A DNA stretch of 41,135 nt from an uncultured bacterium (GTDB lineage: Bacteria; Planctomycetota; Phycisphaerae; Phycisphaerales; Phycisphaeraceae): NCBI GenBank assembly GCA_965368605.1, contig CBDUNP010000001.1, positions 1 to 41,135 of the forward strand, in the 5' to 3' direction. A program made the translations under genes and the position numbers. Below the pieces are notes generated by a model. It saw only the letters and a program-made list of their open reading frames with translations, ran no database searches and was not told the DNA's origin. This document shows, in pieces, positions 7,445 to 16,618 of the stretch (its first letter is position 1; the number at the start of each line of letters is the position of its first letter).

Positions 7445-8692
7445 CTAGCGTTCCCAGAGTAGTGCGGTGATAACCGCCAGTTGTACGACGATCGCCGAAC
7501 CAAGCAGCCGCATGAACAGCACGTTATCCCCCGCCCCCAGCCAGAACGCCCCGAGCAGGCACGCCCCCGCCACGGTCTGCAGCACGATCGCCATGATCCT
7601 TACGTAGGAAAACTCCGAGCCCGTGCCGCGTTGATTACGCAGCTCCTGTAGGATCAGCCGAAGCGTCTTCTCATCGTCGGGGTCCGGCACGTTCGCCGCC
7701 TGTGTCGGCCGACTCGCGTTCGCCGCTTCTTCAGCAACCGCACGCTCGACCACGGTGGCCTTGCCCTGTGTCGACGCCACCGCGTCAACCTCGGCCGCGT
7801 CATCCAGCTCCGCGGTCGGCACGTTCCAAGGCCGAAACGGTTTTTTCGCCTCGCCCTTCGCCGTCTTCCCCGCCGTCGCCGCCCCCGCCGACTGCATCTT
7901 GACGCCGGCCCCGGACGACGTGCCCCCATCAGAATCAGACTGACCCGGCCCCCCCTGCCCGGCCCCGCCGTCCGCGTCAACCGGCTTGGGCCGTTCACGC
8001 TGAAGCTTGGCGACCGCCGCCGCGTCCCACTTGCGCTGCGTCGGCCCGCCCCGGTGGATCTGCTCACTGGTCTCGGGCTTGCGCTGCTGCGCGACGATCC
8101 GCACCGCCTCCACAAGATTGCGCGCGTAAAAGTCCGGCGTCGCCTTGGGCTCATCCGACCCGTCACCCGCGTTGTCATTCAGCCCCGGATGCTCACGCGG
8201 ATCAAAAGGCCTAAGCCGGTCCGCGTCCTGACGCAACAAGATCGCCCGCGTCCCGACCGCCAGCCCCGCCTGCACGTCACGCACCTGGTCCCCGATCGTC
8301 CAGCTCTGCGACAGGTCCAGCCCCAGGTCCCGCGCCGCCTCCTGCAGCATCCCCGGAGAAGGCTTGCGGTTGGGGTGTTCCTTGCGGTATCGGCTCACCG
8401 TCCCGTTCGGATGGTACGGACAGTAATAATATCGATCGATCTTCGCGCCGTTCGCGCCCGCCGCCAGCAAAGCGCTGAGCTTCTCGTGTACCGCGTCCAC
8501 GTCCTCTTCCGTGTACTTCCCCCGCGCGACCCCGCCCTGGTTGGTAATCACCACGACCTTGTAACCCAGCCCACACAACGACGCCACCGCCGTCGCCGCG
8601 CCCTGCATCAGGCGCACCTTGTCCGGGTCACCCAAATCACCGTCGTTGTGGATGAGCGTGTTATCGCGATCGAGGAAAACTGCCGCGTTCAT
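7445..8692 (-). CDS. gmhB: D,D-heptose 1,7-bisphosphate phosphatase (GmhB, HAD superfamily) fused to a long low-complexity linker and a C-terminal two-helix membrane anchor
   Basis: The N-terminal ~180 aa read AVFLDRDNTLI...VVVITNQGGVARG...YYCPYHP...RKPSPGML...IGDQVRDVQAG, giving the HAD DxD, T/S and K/D motifs. The C-terminus has hydrophobic helices IMAIVLQTVAGACLLGAFWLG and LLGSAIVVQLAVITALLW. Confidence 0.8.
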   Translation of the reverse strand: MNAAVFLDRDNTLIHNDGDLGDPDKVRLMQGAATAVASLCGLGYKVVVITNQGGVARGKYTEEDVDAVHEKLSALLAAGANGAKIDRYYYCPYHPNGTVSRYRKEHPNRKPSPGMLQEAARDLGLDLSQSWTIGDQVRDVQAGLAVGTRAILLRQDADRLRPFDPREHPGLNDNAGDGSDEPKATPDFYARNLVEAVRIVAQQRKPETSEQIHRGGPTQRKWDAAAVAKLQRERPKPVDADGGAGQGGPGQSDSDGGTSSGAGVKMQSAGAATAGKTAKGEAKKPFRPWNVPTAELDDAAEVDAVASTQGKATVVERAVAEEAANASRPTQAANVPDPDDEKTLRLILQELRNQRGTGSEFSYVRIMAIVLQTVAGACLLGAFWLGAGDNVLFMRLLGSAIVVQLAVITALLWER

Positions 8693-8739
8693 GGGTTTAA
8701 GGATAATCGGGAAGGGTTGATTGAGCGAATAACCGGGTT

Positions 8740-9360
8740 TTATTTCCCGGCCTGACGGTCGCAGTCCCGCCGCCGTCGCTCCAGCTCGTCCGCCACCGCC
8801 TGCACCGCCTGATCCACCGCCACGTCAAGATCATCGTTTACGATAAACGCGTCGTACACCCCGCACTCCCGGGCGCGGTCGATCTCGTGCTTGGCCCGGG
8901 CGAACCGGCCGCGGATCGTCTGCTCGTCTTCACGCTGGCGACGACGCAGCCGCTGCAGCAGCGTGTCCTCGTTCGGCGGCTCGATGAACAGCGAGAAGCA
9001 CTCCGGCATGTTCTTCTTGATCTGGATCGCACCCTCGACGTCGATCTCCAGGATCATCAGCCGACCATTCGCCAGATTCTCTTCGACCGGGCGTCGCGGC
9101 GTGCCGTAGTAGTTCCCGAAGACCTTCGCCCACTCCAGCAGGTTGCCCGCGTCGCGGTTGTACTTGAACTGGGTCTCGTCAACGAAGTGGTAGTCCACGC
9201 CGTCGGTGTCTTCTGCGGTGATCGGCCGGGTGGTCATGGAAACGCTGAAGACCGCGTTGAGACGCACGCGCACCCGGTGCGTGATCGTGGTCTTGCCGAC
9301 CCCGGACGGGCCGGAGATGACAAGCAGCAGGCCCTTGGGTGTGTCAACGGGGGTTCCCAT
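8740..9360 (-). CDS. gmk: Guanylate kinase
   Basis: Contains LLVISGPSGVGKTTI (P-loop), SVSMTTRPITAEDTDGVDYHFV and EWAKVFGNYYGT. Confidence 0.93.
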   Translation of the reverse strand: MGTPVDTPKGLLLVISGPSGVGKTTITHRVRVRLNAVFSVSMTTRPITAEDTDGVDYHFVDETQFKYNRDAGNLLEWAKVFGNYYGTPRRPVEENLANGRLMILEIDVEGAIQIKKNMPECFSLFIEPPNEDTLLQRLRRRQREDEQTIRGRFARAKHEIDRARECGVYDAFIVNDDLDVAVDQAVQAVADELERRRRDCDRQAGK

Positions 9361-9466
9361 CTGTCAGTTATACCAGATCAGGAAAAACTGGAAAGCTGGA
9401 AAACGGGAAAGCCGGGAATAATGCGATGTAACCGCCTATTTACCGGTTTTCCAGATATCCGGTTTG

Positions 9467-10483
9467 CTAGTGCGACGCACCCGCCCCGTTGACCAGGAAC
9501 AGCGCCGCCATCCGCACACTCAGGCCGTTGGCGACCTGTTCAAGGATCGCCGAGTTCGGCCCATCCGCCACCACCGAGTCGATCTCCACGCCGCGGTTCA
9601 TCGGCCCGGGGTGCATCACCAGCAGGTCGGGCTTCGCCCGCGCCAGCCGACGCTCGTTCAGCCCAAATCGGGTCGAGTATTCACGCACGCTCGGGAACGC
9701 CTGGCTGGTCAGCCGCTCGAACTGGATCCGCAGCATGTTCACCACGTCCACCCTCGGCAGCACGTCGTCCAGGCTGTTGGATAGCTCACACCCCAGATCG
9801 ACAAACGCCCCGGGCAGCAGCGTCGGCGGGCCCACCAGGATCACGTGCGCGCCGAGTTTTAGCAACCCGTACACGTTCGACCGCGCGACCCGGCTGTGCG
9901 CGATGTCGCCGACAATCGCGACCGTCAAGCCGGTGAAATCAAACGTCTCGGTGCGCCCCGTGCGCTTGGCGATCGTGAGGATGTCTAACAGCCCCTGCGT
10001 CGGGTGTTCGTGCTGCCCGTCGCCGGCATTGATCACCGAGCAATCCACCGCCCCCGCCAGGTGCGCCGCGGCCCCGCTGTGGTGGTGTCGGCAGACGATC
10101 ACGTCCACCCCCATCGCCTCGATGTTCTTCGCGGTGTCGATCAGTGTCTCGCCTTTGGAGACACTCGACCCTTTCCCCGCCATCTCCAGGACGTCCGCTG
10201 AGAGCCGGCTCGCCGCGAGGTTGAAGCTGGCGCGTGTCCGGGTCGAGTCCTCAAAGAACAGGTTCACCACCACCCGGCCGCGCAGGGCGGGCACCTTCTT
10301 GACGCTGCGCGTCGAGACGCCCTCGAACCCCAACGCCGTGGTCAGCAGGAAACGGATGTCCTCCGCCGACAGGCCTTCCAGCCCCAGCAGGTGCCGGTGC
10401 GACCACTGATACCCCTCCGCCTTTGGGACGCCCGTTGCGTTCGGTGTCTCAACCACCTTCCGCCCCCTTCCCCTCGCCCTCAT
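9467..10483 (-). CDS. pyrB: Aspartate carbamoyltransferase catalytic subunit
   Basis: Contains [28 protein letters not shown] and [11 protein letters not shown]. The start is uncertain. The first ATG is at 10481-10483, overlaps the pyrR 3' end and gives a ~25 aa N-terminal extension, so an internal GTG is possible. Confidence 0.9.
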   Translation of the reverse strand: MRARGRGRKVVETPNATGVPKAEGYQWSHRHLLGLEGLSAEDIRFLLTTALGFEGVSTRSVKKVPALRGRVVVNLFFEDSTRTRASFNLAASRLSADVLEMAGKGSSVSKGETLIDTAKNIEAMGVDVIVCRHHHSGAAAHLAGAVDCSVINAGDGQHEHPTQGLLDILTIAKRTGRTETFDFTGLTVAIVGDIAHSRVARSNVYGLLKLGAHVILVGPPTLLPGAFVDLGCELSNSLDDVLPRVDVVNMLRIQFERLTSQAFPSVREYSTRFGLNERRLARAKPDLLVMHPGPMNRGVEIDSVVADGPNSAILEQVANGLSVRMAALFLVNGAGASH

Positions 10484-11069
10484 CAAATACCACCACAGCG
10501 TCCCGGTCGTCCGTCGGCGTCACCATGACCTGCACCTTCGCGCCCTGCGCCAAGGCCTCCGCCGACCCGTGCCGAAGCTCCAGACCCACAAAGTCCGGCG
10601 CGATCGGCAGCTCCCGTCCGCCCCGATCCACCAGCACCCCAAGCCACACCCGCCGGGGCCGGCCAAGGTCCATCAGCGACTGCAACGCCGCCCGGATCGA
10701 ACGCCCGGTCATCAGCACATCATCGATCAGGACCACGTTCAGCCCGTCAATCGAAAAATCGATCTCGGTCGTCCGCACCACAGGCAGCGGGCCGATCTCA
10801 GAAAGGTCGTCTCTGTAAAGCGTGATATCCAGCGTGCCGATCCGCCCGTCGAACTGCTCGGCCCCCATCCGCTCGGCGATCCGCTGGGCCAGCACGTCCC
10901 CCCGGCTGCGAACGCCGACCAGGGCCCAACCCCCGTCATTATCCGATCGCCCCTCGGTTGAAGACCGGATGCCCTCAATGCCACGGCAAAGCGAATCAAT
11001 CAGCCCATCGAAGCGGTCGCCATCAGCAAGCACACGCATGGCCGCATGGTAGCCAAGCCCCCCCATCAT
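10449..11069 (-). CDS. pyrR: Bifunctional pyrimidine operon regulator / uracil phosphoribosyltransferase PyrR
   Basis: Contains [25 protein letters not shown] and [18 protein letters not shown] (PRPP-binding motif). The ATG at 11037-11039 (MRVLADG...) is an alternative start. Confidence 0.88.
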   Translation of the reverse strand: MMGGLGYHAAMRVLADGDRFDGLIDSLCRGIEGIRSSTEGRSDNDGGWALVGVRSRGDVLAQRIAERMGAEQFDGRIGTLDITLYRDDLSEIGPLPVVRTTEIDFSIDGLNVVLIDDVLMTGRSIRAALQSLMDLGRPRRVWLGVLVDRGGRELPIAPDFVGLELRHGSAEALAQGAKVQVMVTPTDDRDAVVVFDEGEGKGAEGG

Positions 11070-11126
11070 GCAACCCCCCGGGAAAGTTGGCCCTCGAAAT
11101 CCCGCTACGCCCAGACGGCCCGGAGA

Positions 11127-12350
11127 TCATCGTCCGGGTGACCGCACTTCCTCCTTGACCAACGCCCCGTCCGCGACCAGGCGCAGTTCCAGCGAGGCTT
11201 CGTCGCGTGTCCCGCCGTTCTCGTCGTAGACGCGGATCTTCAGGTGGTATTGCCCCATCCGGAGCTGGGCCGGCAGCGTCACCAGCTGGACCACGAAGAA
11301 GTCCCGGCGTTTGTTCTGCGATACGTCCGTGATCACCACCGGCTCGTGGCTCCAGACCTCGAACCCGTTGGACTCGTACAGCTCAAGCTCCTGACGCAGC
11401 CGGACCTCGTACCCCCCGCCGGCCTGGTTCTGCATCGGCTCGAAGTTGTCCAGCTCGACGTACACGATCAGCTTCTGCTCACGCCCCGCGACAAACGTGT
11501 GGTCCGGGAAGGCGTCGTACACGCCGTAGCCCATCACCTTCTCGCACAGGCGGATGTTGCGGATCGTCACCGGCCGATCGCCGTAGAGCTGATCCAGGCC
11601 ACCGGCGATCGCCTCACGATCCATCTCACCCTCGCCCGACAGCAGCTGTGCATGAAGCATGCTGACCGCGCGGTGATAATTCTTGATCCGCTGCTGATCC
11701 TCCGGCGAGAGCTTATTCAATAGCGACCAGTCCAGCTCGCCATGCGGCCCGATCGGCGCGAGCGTCGCCGCGGCGAGTGCCTTGGATAGATTCGAGTCGT
11801 CGCCGTGCCTGACCGCCTCGAGCAACTGGCTGTACGCCTGCGCTATCGACGGGACGGGTTTCGTCTGTTTAGCCGTGGTCTGCCCGGACACGTCGATGAC
11901 CGGCACCGCCTGGACATCGTGGCCCGCGGCCTGAGTGTCTGAAACGTCTACGGCGTCCGAGGCATCCGGGGAGGTGGTGGACATCGCCTCCATCGCGGAG
12001 ACCTGCGTGACAAGTTCCTGCGTCGGCTGCCCAGCCTCCACCTCGTTCACACCGCCCGCCACCTGCTGCTCACCCCCGACGTCACGCCACATGATCTGCT
12101 GCATCTGCGCCGGCTGCTGCGAGTCCGCCTGCATCTGCTGCACACGCTCCGCATACGACGCCGCCTGCGCAGCCAGATCATCGCCGGGTACAGCCTCGCC
12201 CCCGGAGTTCCCCCCGGCCTCAGCCAACTCTGTGTCTGTGGGTTGTGTGTTCCCGTCCAGCCCCGTCGGCAACGCCACCTCCTGGCAGCCGCTGACCAGA
12301 CCAAACATCACCGTGCCTAAACACCACCAACGATAGGACCTGCTTCGCAT
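11127..12350 (-). CDS. Predicted lipoprotein of unknown function (about 407 aa)
   Basis: An AGGAGG Shine-Dalgarno sequence sits 5 nt before the ATG at 12348-12350. The signal peptide with lipobox is MRSRSYRWWCLGTVMFGLVSGC. A Q/A/D-rich disordered linker leads to a structured C-terminal ~200 aa. I recognise no family. Confidence 0.6.
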   Translation of the reverse strand: MRSRSYRWWCLGTVMFGLVSGCQEVALPTGLDGNTQPTDTELAEAGGNSGGEAVPGDDLAAQAASYAERVQQMQADSQQPAQMQQIMWRDVGGEQQVAGGVNEVEAGQPTQELVTQVSAMEAMSTTSPDASDAVDVSDTQAAGHDVQAVPVIDVSGQTTAKQTKPVPSIAQAYSQLLEAVRHGDDSNLSKALAAATLAPIGPHGELDWSLLNKLSPEDQQRIKNYHRAVSMLHAQLLSGEGEMDREAIAGGLDQLYGDRPVTIRNIRLCEKVMGYGVYDAFPDHTFVAGREQKLIVYVELDNFEPMQNQAGGGYEVRLRQELELYESNGFEVWSHEPVVITDVSQNKRRDFFVVQLVTLPAQLRMGQYHLKIRVYDENGGTRDEASLELRLVADGALVKEEVRSPGR

Positions 12351-12414
12351 CGTGCCTCCTGCACTCGTGACTGATTTCCCCAGCCAAAGGTTCATCCATG
12401 AACCCTGTTCCGCA

Positions 12415-13443
12415 CTACTTTACATTATCGGCCAGCCTCACGCAGAAGCATTCGAGATTCCGCATCAGGTTCCCCAGCCCGGACTTAGCCCGACGATCCG
12501 CCTCCAGCACGTCGTCAAACGCCCCGGCCAGCGCCGCCCGGTCCAGCCGACGCAAGACCCCCATGAATAGCTGCTGCCTGGGGCCCCAGAGCTTCATCGC
12601 ACGGGCGATCTCCCCCTCGGGCACCCCGGCGTCCTTCATCATCGCCGCCGCGTTGAGCTTCCGCACCAGGTCGGCCACGAAATACATCACCAGCACCTCC
12701 GCGTGCCCCGCCAGGTCTAATAGCTCGTGCACCTTCTCCAGCACAGGCCCCGCCGACCGCGAGCTCAGGCCCGACAGCACCGCCTCCTGGACCTCCCACG
12801 CCTTCTCGTCGCTGCTCTTGCCGACCGTCTGCTCGATCAGCCCGCGCTCGATCGCCTGCCCCTTGTCCACCATCAACGCCAGCTTCGCCAGCTCGCTGTC
12901 CAGCGTCATCAAATCAGTCCCGATCCGATCGACCAGCATCCCCGCCGCCGTCGGCTCGATCGCGCAACCGTGCTCCGAAGGCCCACGCTTCACCAGCCAG
13001 CTCTTGGCCTGCGCCGGCTTCAACGGCTCACACTTGATCACCGCGCCGACCTTGTCGATCAGCTTGTCCAGCTTCCCCTTGTTCCACGTGTCGCTGCGGA
13101 ACACCAGCACCCCGTGATCCACCGGCGACTCCACATACCGCTCCATCGCCTGGCGGAACCCGTCCTTCTTCAAGAACTCATCCGCCTGATCCACCACCAC
13201 GATTTTGTGATGCTGCATCAGCGCATAACTCCGCAACTCATCCAGCACGTCCGCCAGCGTCGCGGTCTTGCCCTCGAAGTGGAATGTCTCGGTCTCCCCG
13301 TGCGCCTCATCCAATGCCTTGCGCAGATCAATCAGGTGCCGGCCCTTCAGCCACTGCTCCGGCCCATGCAACGCACACACCCGCGTCGATGCGTCGAGCG
13401 ATACCGCCTTGCTTTTACTGGTTGCCTTCGTCGTCCGTGCCAT
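12415..13443 (-). CDS. holA: DNA polymerase III delta subunit
   Basis: The length and pattern are typical of HolA: ...ALHGPEQWLKG..., KIVVVDQADEF, VLVF and LKPAQAKSWLVKR...IEPTAAGMLVDRIGTDLMTLDSELAKLAL. Confidence 0.8.
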   Translation of the reverse strand: MARTTKATSKSKAVSLDASTRVCALHGPEQWLKGRHLIDLRKALDEAHGETETFHFEGKTATLADVLDELRSYALMQHHKIVVVDQADEFLKKDGFRQAMERYVESPVDHGVLVFRSDTWNKGKLDKLIDKVGAVIKCEPLKPAQAKSWLVKRGPSEHGCAIEPTAAGMLVDRIGTDLMTLDSELAKLALMVDKGQAIERGLIEQTVGKSSDEKAWEVQEAVLSGLSSRSAGPVLEKVHELLDLAGHAEVLVMYFVADLVRKLNAAAMMKDAGVPEGEIARAMKLWGPRQQLFMGVLRRLDRAALAGAFDDVLEADRRAKSGLGNLMRNLECFCVRLADNVK

Positions 13444-13527
13444 ATCTGTAAATCATACCTCCCAATCCATACCGGCGAGGCGGCTTCAGCCGCTGGCACC
13501 TATATCAAGCCCCAAACACCCCTACCC

Positions 13528-14913
13528 CTACCCCACCTGAATCCTCGACAGCAACATCGTCGCGAACAGCAGCACGATAAAGAAGCTGAACAAATCCACC
13601 ACCGTCGTCACCACCGGCCCGGACGCCATCGCGGGGTCCAGCCCCATCGATCGCAGCACCAGCGGGACCGTCCCCCCGACCGCCTTGGCGATCACGATCA
13701 CAAACGGCACTGACCCGCCGACCACCAGCCCCAGATAAAAGTTGCCCTGCCAGGCCCAGACCATCAGCAGCATCGCCAGCCCCAGCACGATCCCCGCCGC
13801 CAGCGCCAGCACCGCCTCCTTAACCAACACGCTCACAAAGTCGCCCGGCAGGATCAGCCCCAGCGACACCTCCCGCAGCGACACGCCCACCGCCTGATTC
13901 CCCCCGCTCCCACACAGCCCCGCGACCACCGGCAGGAACATCGCCAGCACCGGCAGCTTGTCCACCGTATCGATAAACAAATGGATCACGCTCGCCGACA
14001 ACAGCAGCAGCACCATGATCGGCAGCAGGTACGCCAGCCGCCTAAGCAGCCGCGACAGCATCGGCATCGACCGGAACTCTTCGCCCGCCACGATACCCGC
14101 CACCTTCATCAGGTCTTCATTGGCCGAGTCGCTTAACGCCTCCTGCACCGCCGCCCGCTGCACCACCCCCACCAGCCGATCCTGCTCGTCCACCACCGGG
14201 ACCGCCGAAAAGTCCACGCGGTCGAACAGGCCTTCCAGGTCTTCAAGCCCCGCATCCACCGGCACGCTCTTTGGCGTCTTGATCTTCAGGTCGATCAGCT
14301 TCCGCCCAGCCGGCGCCATCACCAGGCTACGCATCGTGACAATCCCGACAAACTTTTTCGCCGCATCGATCAGGTAGGTGTACCGCACCTCATACTCGTC
14401 ATACGCGTCCGCGTTCGCCCGAAGGTCCGCGATCACCGCGTCCACGTCCTGATCTTTCCGGTACACCAGGTACTCGGTAATCATCAGCCCGCCCGCCGTG
14501 TCCTCCTCATACCGCATCCGGTGCCGCGCGTCCGCCGCTTCTTCCGGGTCCATCTCATCGAGGATCGCCTCCGCGTCTTCCTCGTCCAGCTCCGACAACA
14601 CGTCCGTCTGCTCGTCGGAGTCCATCTCGTCCACGATCGCCGCCGCCTCGCTGGGCTCAAGCTGCTCGATCATGTCCGCCGCGTGCTCGTCGACGAAGTG
14701 CTCCATCAGGTCGGCCGCGAGGTCCGAGTGCTCGGCCGACAGCAGCGACAGCATCTTCGTGCGCCGCTCCTCATCCAGATGGCTGATCGTGTACGTCGTA
14801 TCTTCCGGCGGCAACAGCTGCAGGAAAGCCGCCAGGCGCTCCGCCTCGCCCCCGTCAATCACCTGCGCAAGCTGCTCGGTCGCGTCGATGTCGATCTCAG
14901 GGTTGTATGTCAT
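13528..14913 (-). CDS. mgtE: Magnesium transporter MgtE
   Basis: An acidic MgtE N-domain is followed by a tandem CBS pair (...VGIVTMRSLV..., ...LVGVVQRAAV...) and a C-terminal 5-TM MgtE channel domain (GNQAVGVSLREV...). Confidence 0.9.
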   Translation of the reverse strand: MTYNPEIDIDATEQLAQVIDGGEAERLAAFLQLLPPEDTTYTISHLDEERRTKMLSLLSAEHSDLAADLMEHFVDEHAADMIEQLEPSEAAAIVDEMDSDEQTDVLSELDEEDAEAILDEMDPEEAADARHRMRYEEDTAGGLMITEYLVYRKDQDVDAVIADLRANADAYDEYEVRYTYLIDAAKKFVGIVTMRSLVMAPAGRKLIDLKIKTPKSVPVDAGLEDLEGLFDRVDFSAVPVVDEQDRLVGVVQRAAVQEALSDSANEDLMKVAGIVAGEEFRSMPMLSRLLRRLAYLLPIMVLLLLSASVIHLFIDTVDKLPVLAMFLPVVAGLCGSGGNQAVGVSLREVSLGLILPGDFVSVLVKEAVLALAAGIVLGLAMLLMVWAWQGNFYLGLVVGGSVPFVIVIAKAVGGTVPLVLRSMGLDPAMASGPVVTTVVDLFSFFIVLLFATMLLSRIQVG

Positions 14914-14959
14914 CCGTCATCTCCATCACCCCAGACCAAGCCGATCCGTGGATCAATAC

Positions 14960-15727
14960 TTATCCGATATGCTCACACCAGCCCGCCATCTGCCTAAGGT
15001 CCGTCACGTCGTGTTCCAGAGGCGTCACCGTAATATACCCCTCAAACAACGCCGCCACGTCCGTCCCGGGATCGCGCGTGCGGAACGTCATCGCGTTGCA
15101 GGTCTGGTAGTGATACGACCCGTCGTCCCTCGGCGTGATCTCGTATTTGTCGACCATCGAACTCGTCGAGATCGGCGCGGCCTTCATCCCCTTGGGCTCC
15201 GCCCCATCATCCAGCACGGGGATGTTGATGTTCACCACCGAGTGCGGCGTCATCGGCCCCTCCAGGACTCGGCGGATCGCCTTGCCCGCATGCTCCGCCG
15301 ACGCGTCCCATCGGATCCCGTCCCAGTCATTGACGTGCTGGCTGATCGCGATCGACGGGATGCCGAAAAACGCCGCCTCGCGTGCCGCGCCGACCGTTCC
15401 GGAATAGATCACGTTCACCCCGACGTTCGCCCCGGCATTGATCCCGCTGACCACTAGGTCGATCGGCTGAGGCACCAGGTGCGCAATCGCCAGCTTCACA
15501 CAATCCGCCGGCCGCGCCCCCACGCTCGTCCCACGCACCCCGTCACCGCCCGGCCCGGGATATTCCGCCACACGGATCGGCCGATGAAACGTCACCGCAT
15601 GGCTCGTCGCCGACTGCACCTTCTCCGGCGCGACCACGTGCACCTCACCCAAGCCCTGCACCGCCTTGTAAAGCGCCGCCAACCCCGGCGCCTCGATCCC
15701 GTCGTCGTTGGTCAAAAGAATACGCAT
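14960..15727 (-). CDS. surE: 5'/3'-nucleotidase SurE
   Basis: Contains MRILLTNDDGIEAPGL, VSGINAGANVG and YSGTVGAAREAAFFGIPSIAIS. Confidence 0.93.
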   Translation of the reverse strand: MRILLTNDDGIEAPGLAALYKAVQGLGEVHVVAPEKVQSATSHAVTFHRPIRVAEYPGPGGDGVRGTSVGARPADCVKLAIAHLVPQPIDLVVSGINAGANVGVNVIYSGTVGAAREAAFFGIPSIAISQHVNDWDGIRWDASAEHAGKAIRRVLEGPMTPHSVVNINIPVLDDGAEPKGMKAAPISTSSMVDKYEITPRDDGSYHYQTCNAMTFRTRDPGTDVAALFEGYITVTPLEHDVTDLRQMAGWCEHIG

Positions 15728-15788
15728 AATAAGATTGTACCGGCCACCGCCCGATCGCGTTTGTTAGCACACACCGCCCGCCCGCCCA

Positions 15789-15820
15789 ATAAAATAGGCC
15801 GACCCAAAACGGGCCGGCCT
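15789..15820 (-). terminator. Rho-independent terminator after rplQ (end of the ribosomal supercluster)
   Basis: The minus strand reads AGGCCGGCCC-GUUUU-GGGUCGGCCU followed by AUUUUAUU, about 40 nt after the rplQ stop. Confidence 0.75.
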
Positions 15821-15859
15821 ACATGATTCTCGATAGTCATCCGCACCTTTAAGGCGTGA

Positions 15860-16501
15860 TTACTCGGACTTCTCTTCCGTCGCCTCGCCACCCTCAGCCG
15901 CCGCTTCCGGGGCCGACTCTACGGGAGCTTCGACTTCAGCCTCGGGCTCAGCGACCGCGGTCGCCGACTCTTCCGAACCGCCCTTACGCTTGGCCGCGGC
16001 GAACTCCATCCGCTTGTTGGCCTTGTCGCGGCGGCGGGAATACTGACCCGACACCTGAGGGGCCGACATGTCTTCATCACCGACCAGCTGAAGCACACAC
16101 AGCGACGCACCGTCGCCGATCCGGTGCTTGGCCAGCTTGATGATCCGCGTGTAGCCGCCGGTGCGGTCGGCATACTTCGGAGCGATCTCGTCGAACAGGG
16201 TCTTGACGACCTTAGGCCCGCTGACGATCTCGCCGTACTTATTACGGGTGATCGCGGGGTCATCTTCGCTCTTGATCATGATCCGGTCGCCGATCATCTT
16301 GATCACGCGACGCCGGCTGGCCAGGTCGCCCTTCTTGGCGGCCGTGATCAGCTTCTCAACGAAGGGCACGACGCTCTTGGCCTTGGGGATCGTGGTCGTG
16401 ATCTGCCCGTGGGTAAACAGGGACACGGCCATGTTCCGCCACATCGCCTTTCGGTGATTGGTGTGACGGCCAAGCTTGAATCCGCGTACTCGGTGTCTCA
16501 T
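15860..16501 (-). CDS. rplQ: 50S ribosomal protein L17 with an acidic Ala/Glu/Pro-rich C-terminal tail
   Basis: Contains MRHRVRGFKLGRHTNHRKAMWRNMAVSLFTHGQITTTIPKAK...GGYTRIIKL. An extra ~70 aa tail ends ...AEPEAEVEAPVESAPEAAAEGGEATEEKSE. Confidence 0.95.
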   Translation of the reverse strand: MRHRVRGFKLGRHTNHRKAMWRNMAVSLFTHGQITTTIPKAKSVVPFVEKLITAAKKGDLASRRRVIKMIGDRIMIKSEDDPAITRNKYGEIVSGPKVVKTLFDEIAPKYADRTGGYTRIIKLAKHRIGDGASLCVLQLVGDEDMSAPQVSGQYSRRRDKANKRMEFAAAKRKGGSEESATAVAEPEAEVEAPVESAPEAAAEGGEATEEKSE

Positions 16502-16618
16502 CGCTAAACTCCTTTATTGACTGGCCGGACGGGTGAGACGCCGTCCGACGATGCCACTCCCGCAGTCATTCGCCGCGGGGCAATGAGGTCCTACACAGGA
16601 CCGGGGCGTGATGGCCCC

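Noticed and set aside
11070-11126. Search for a PyrR-binding attenuator (ARUCCAGAGAGGYU-type loop) upstream of pyrR-pyrB
   Set aside because: No TCCAGAGAGG-like sequence and no terminator/antiterminator pair is visible in the 57-nt gap or near pyrB, so no regulatory RNA is claimed.
11127-12350. Possibility that the lipoprotein next to holA is LptE (by analogy with the E. coli lptE-holA linkage)
   Set aside because: The gene order is reversed (downstream rather than upstream of holA), the protein is about twice the size of LptE, and I see no LptE-like sequence features. This is pure speculation.
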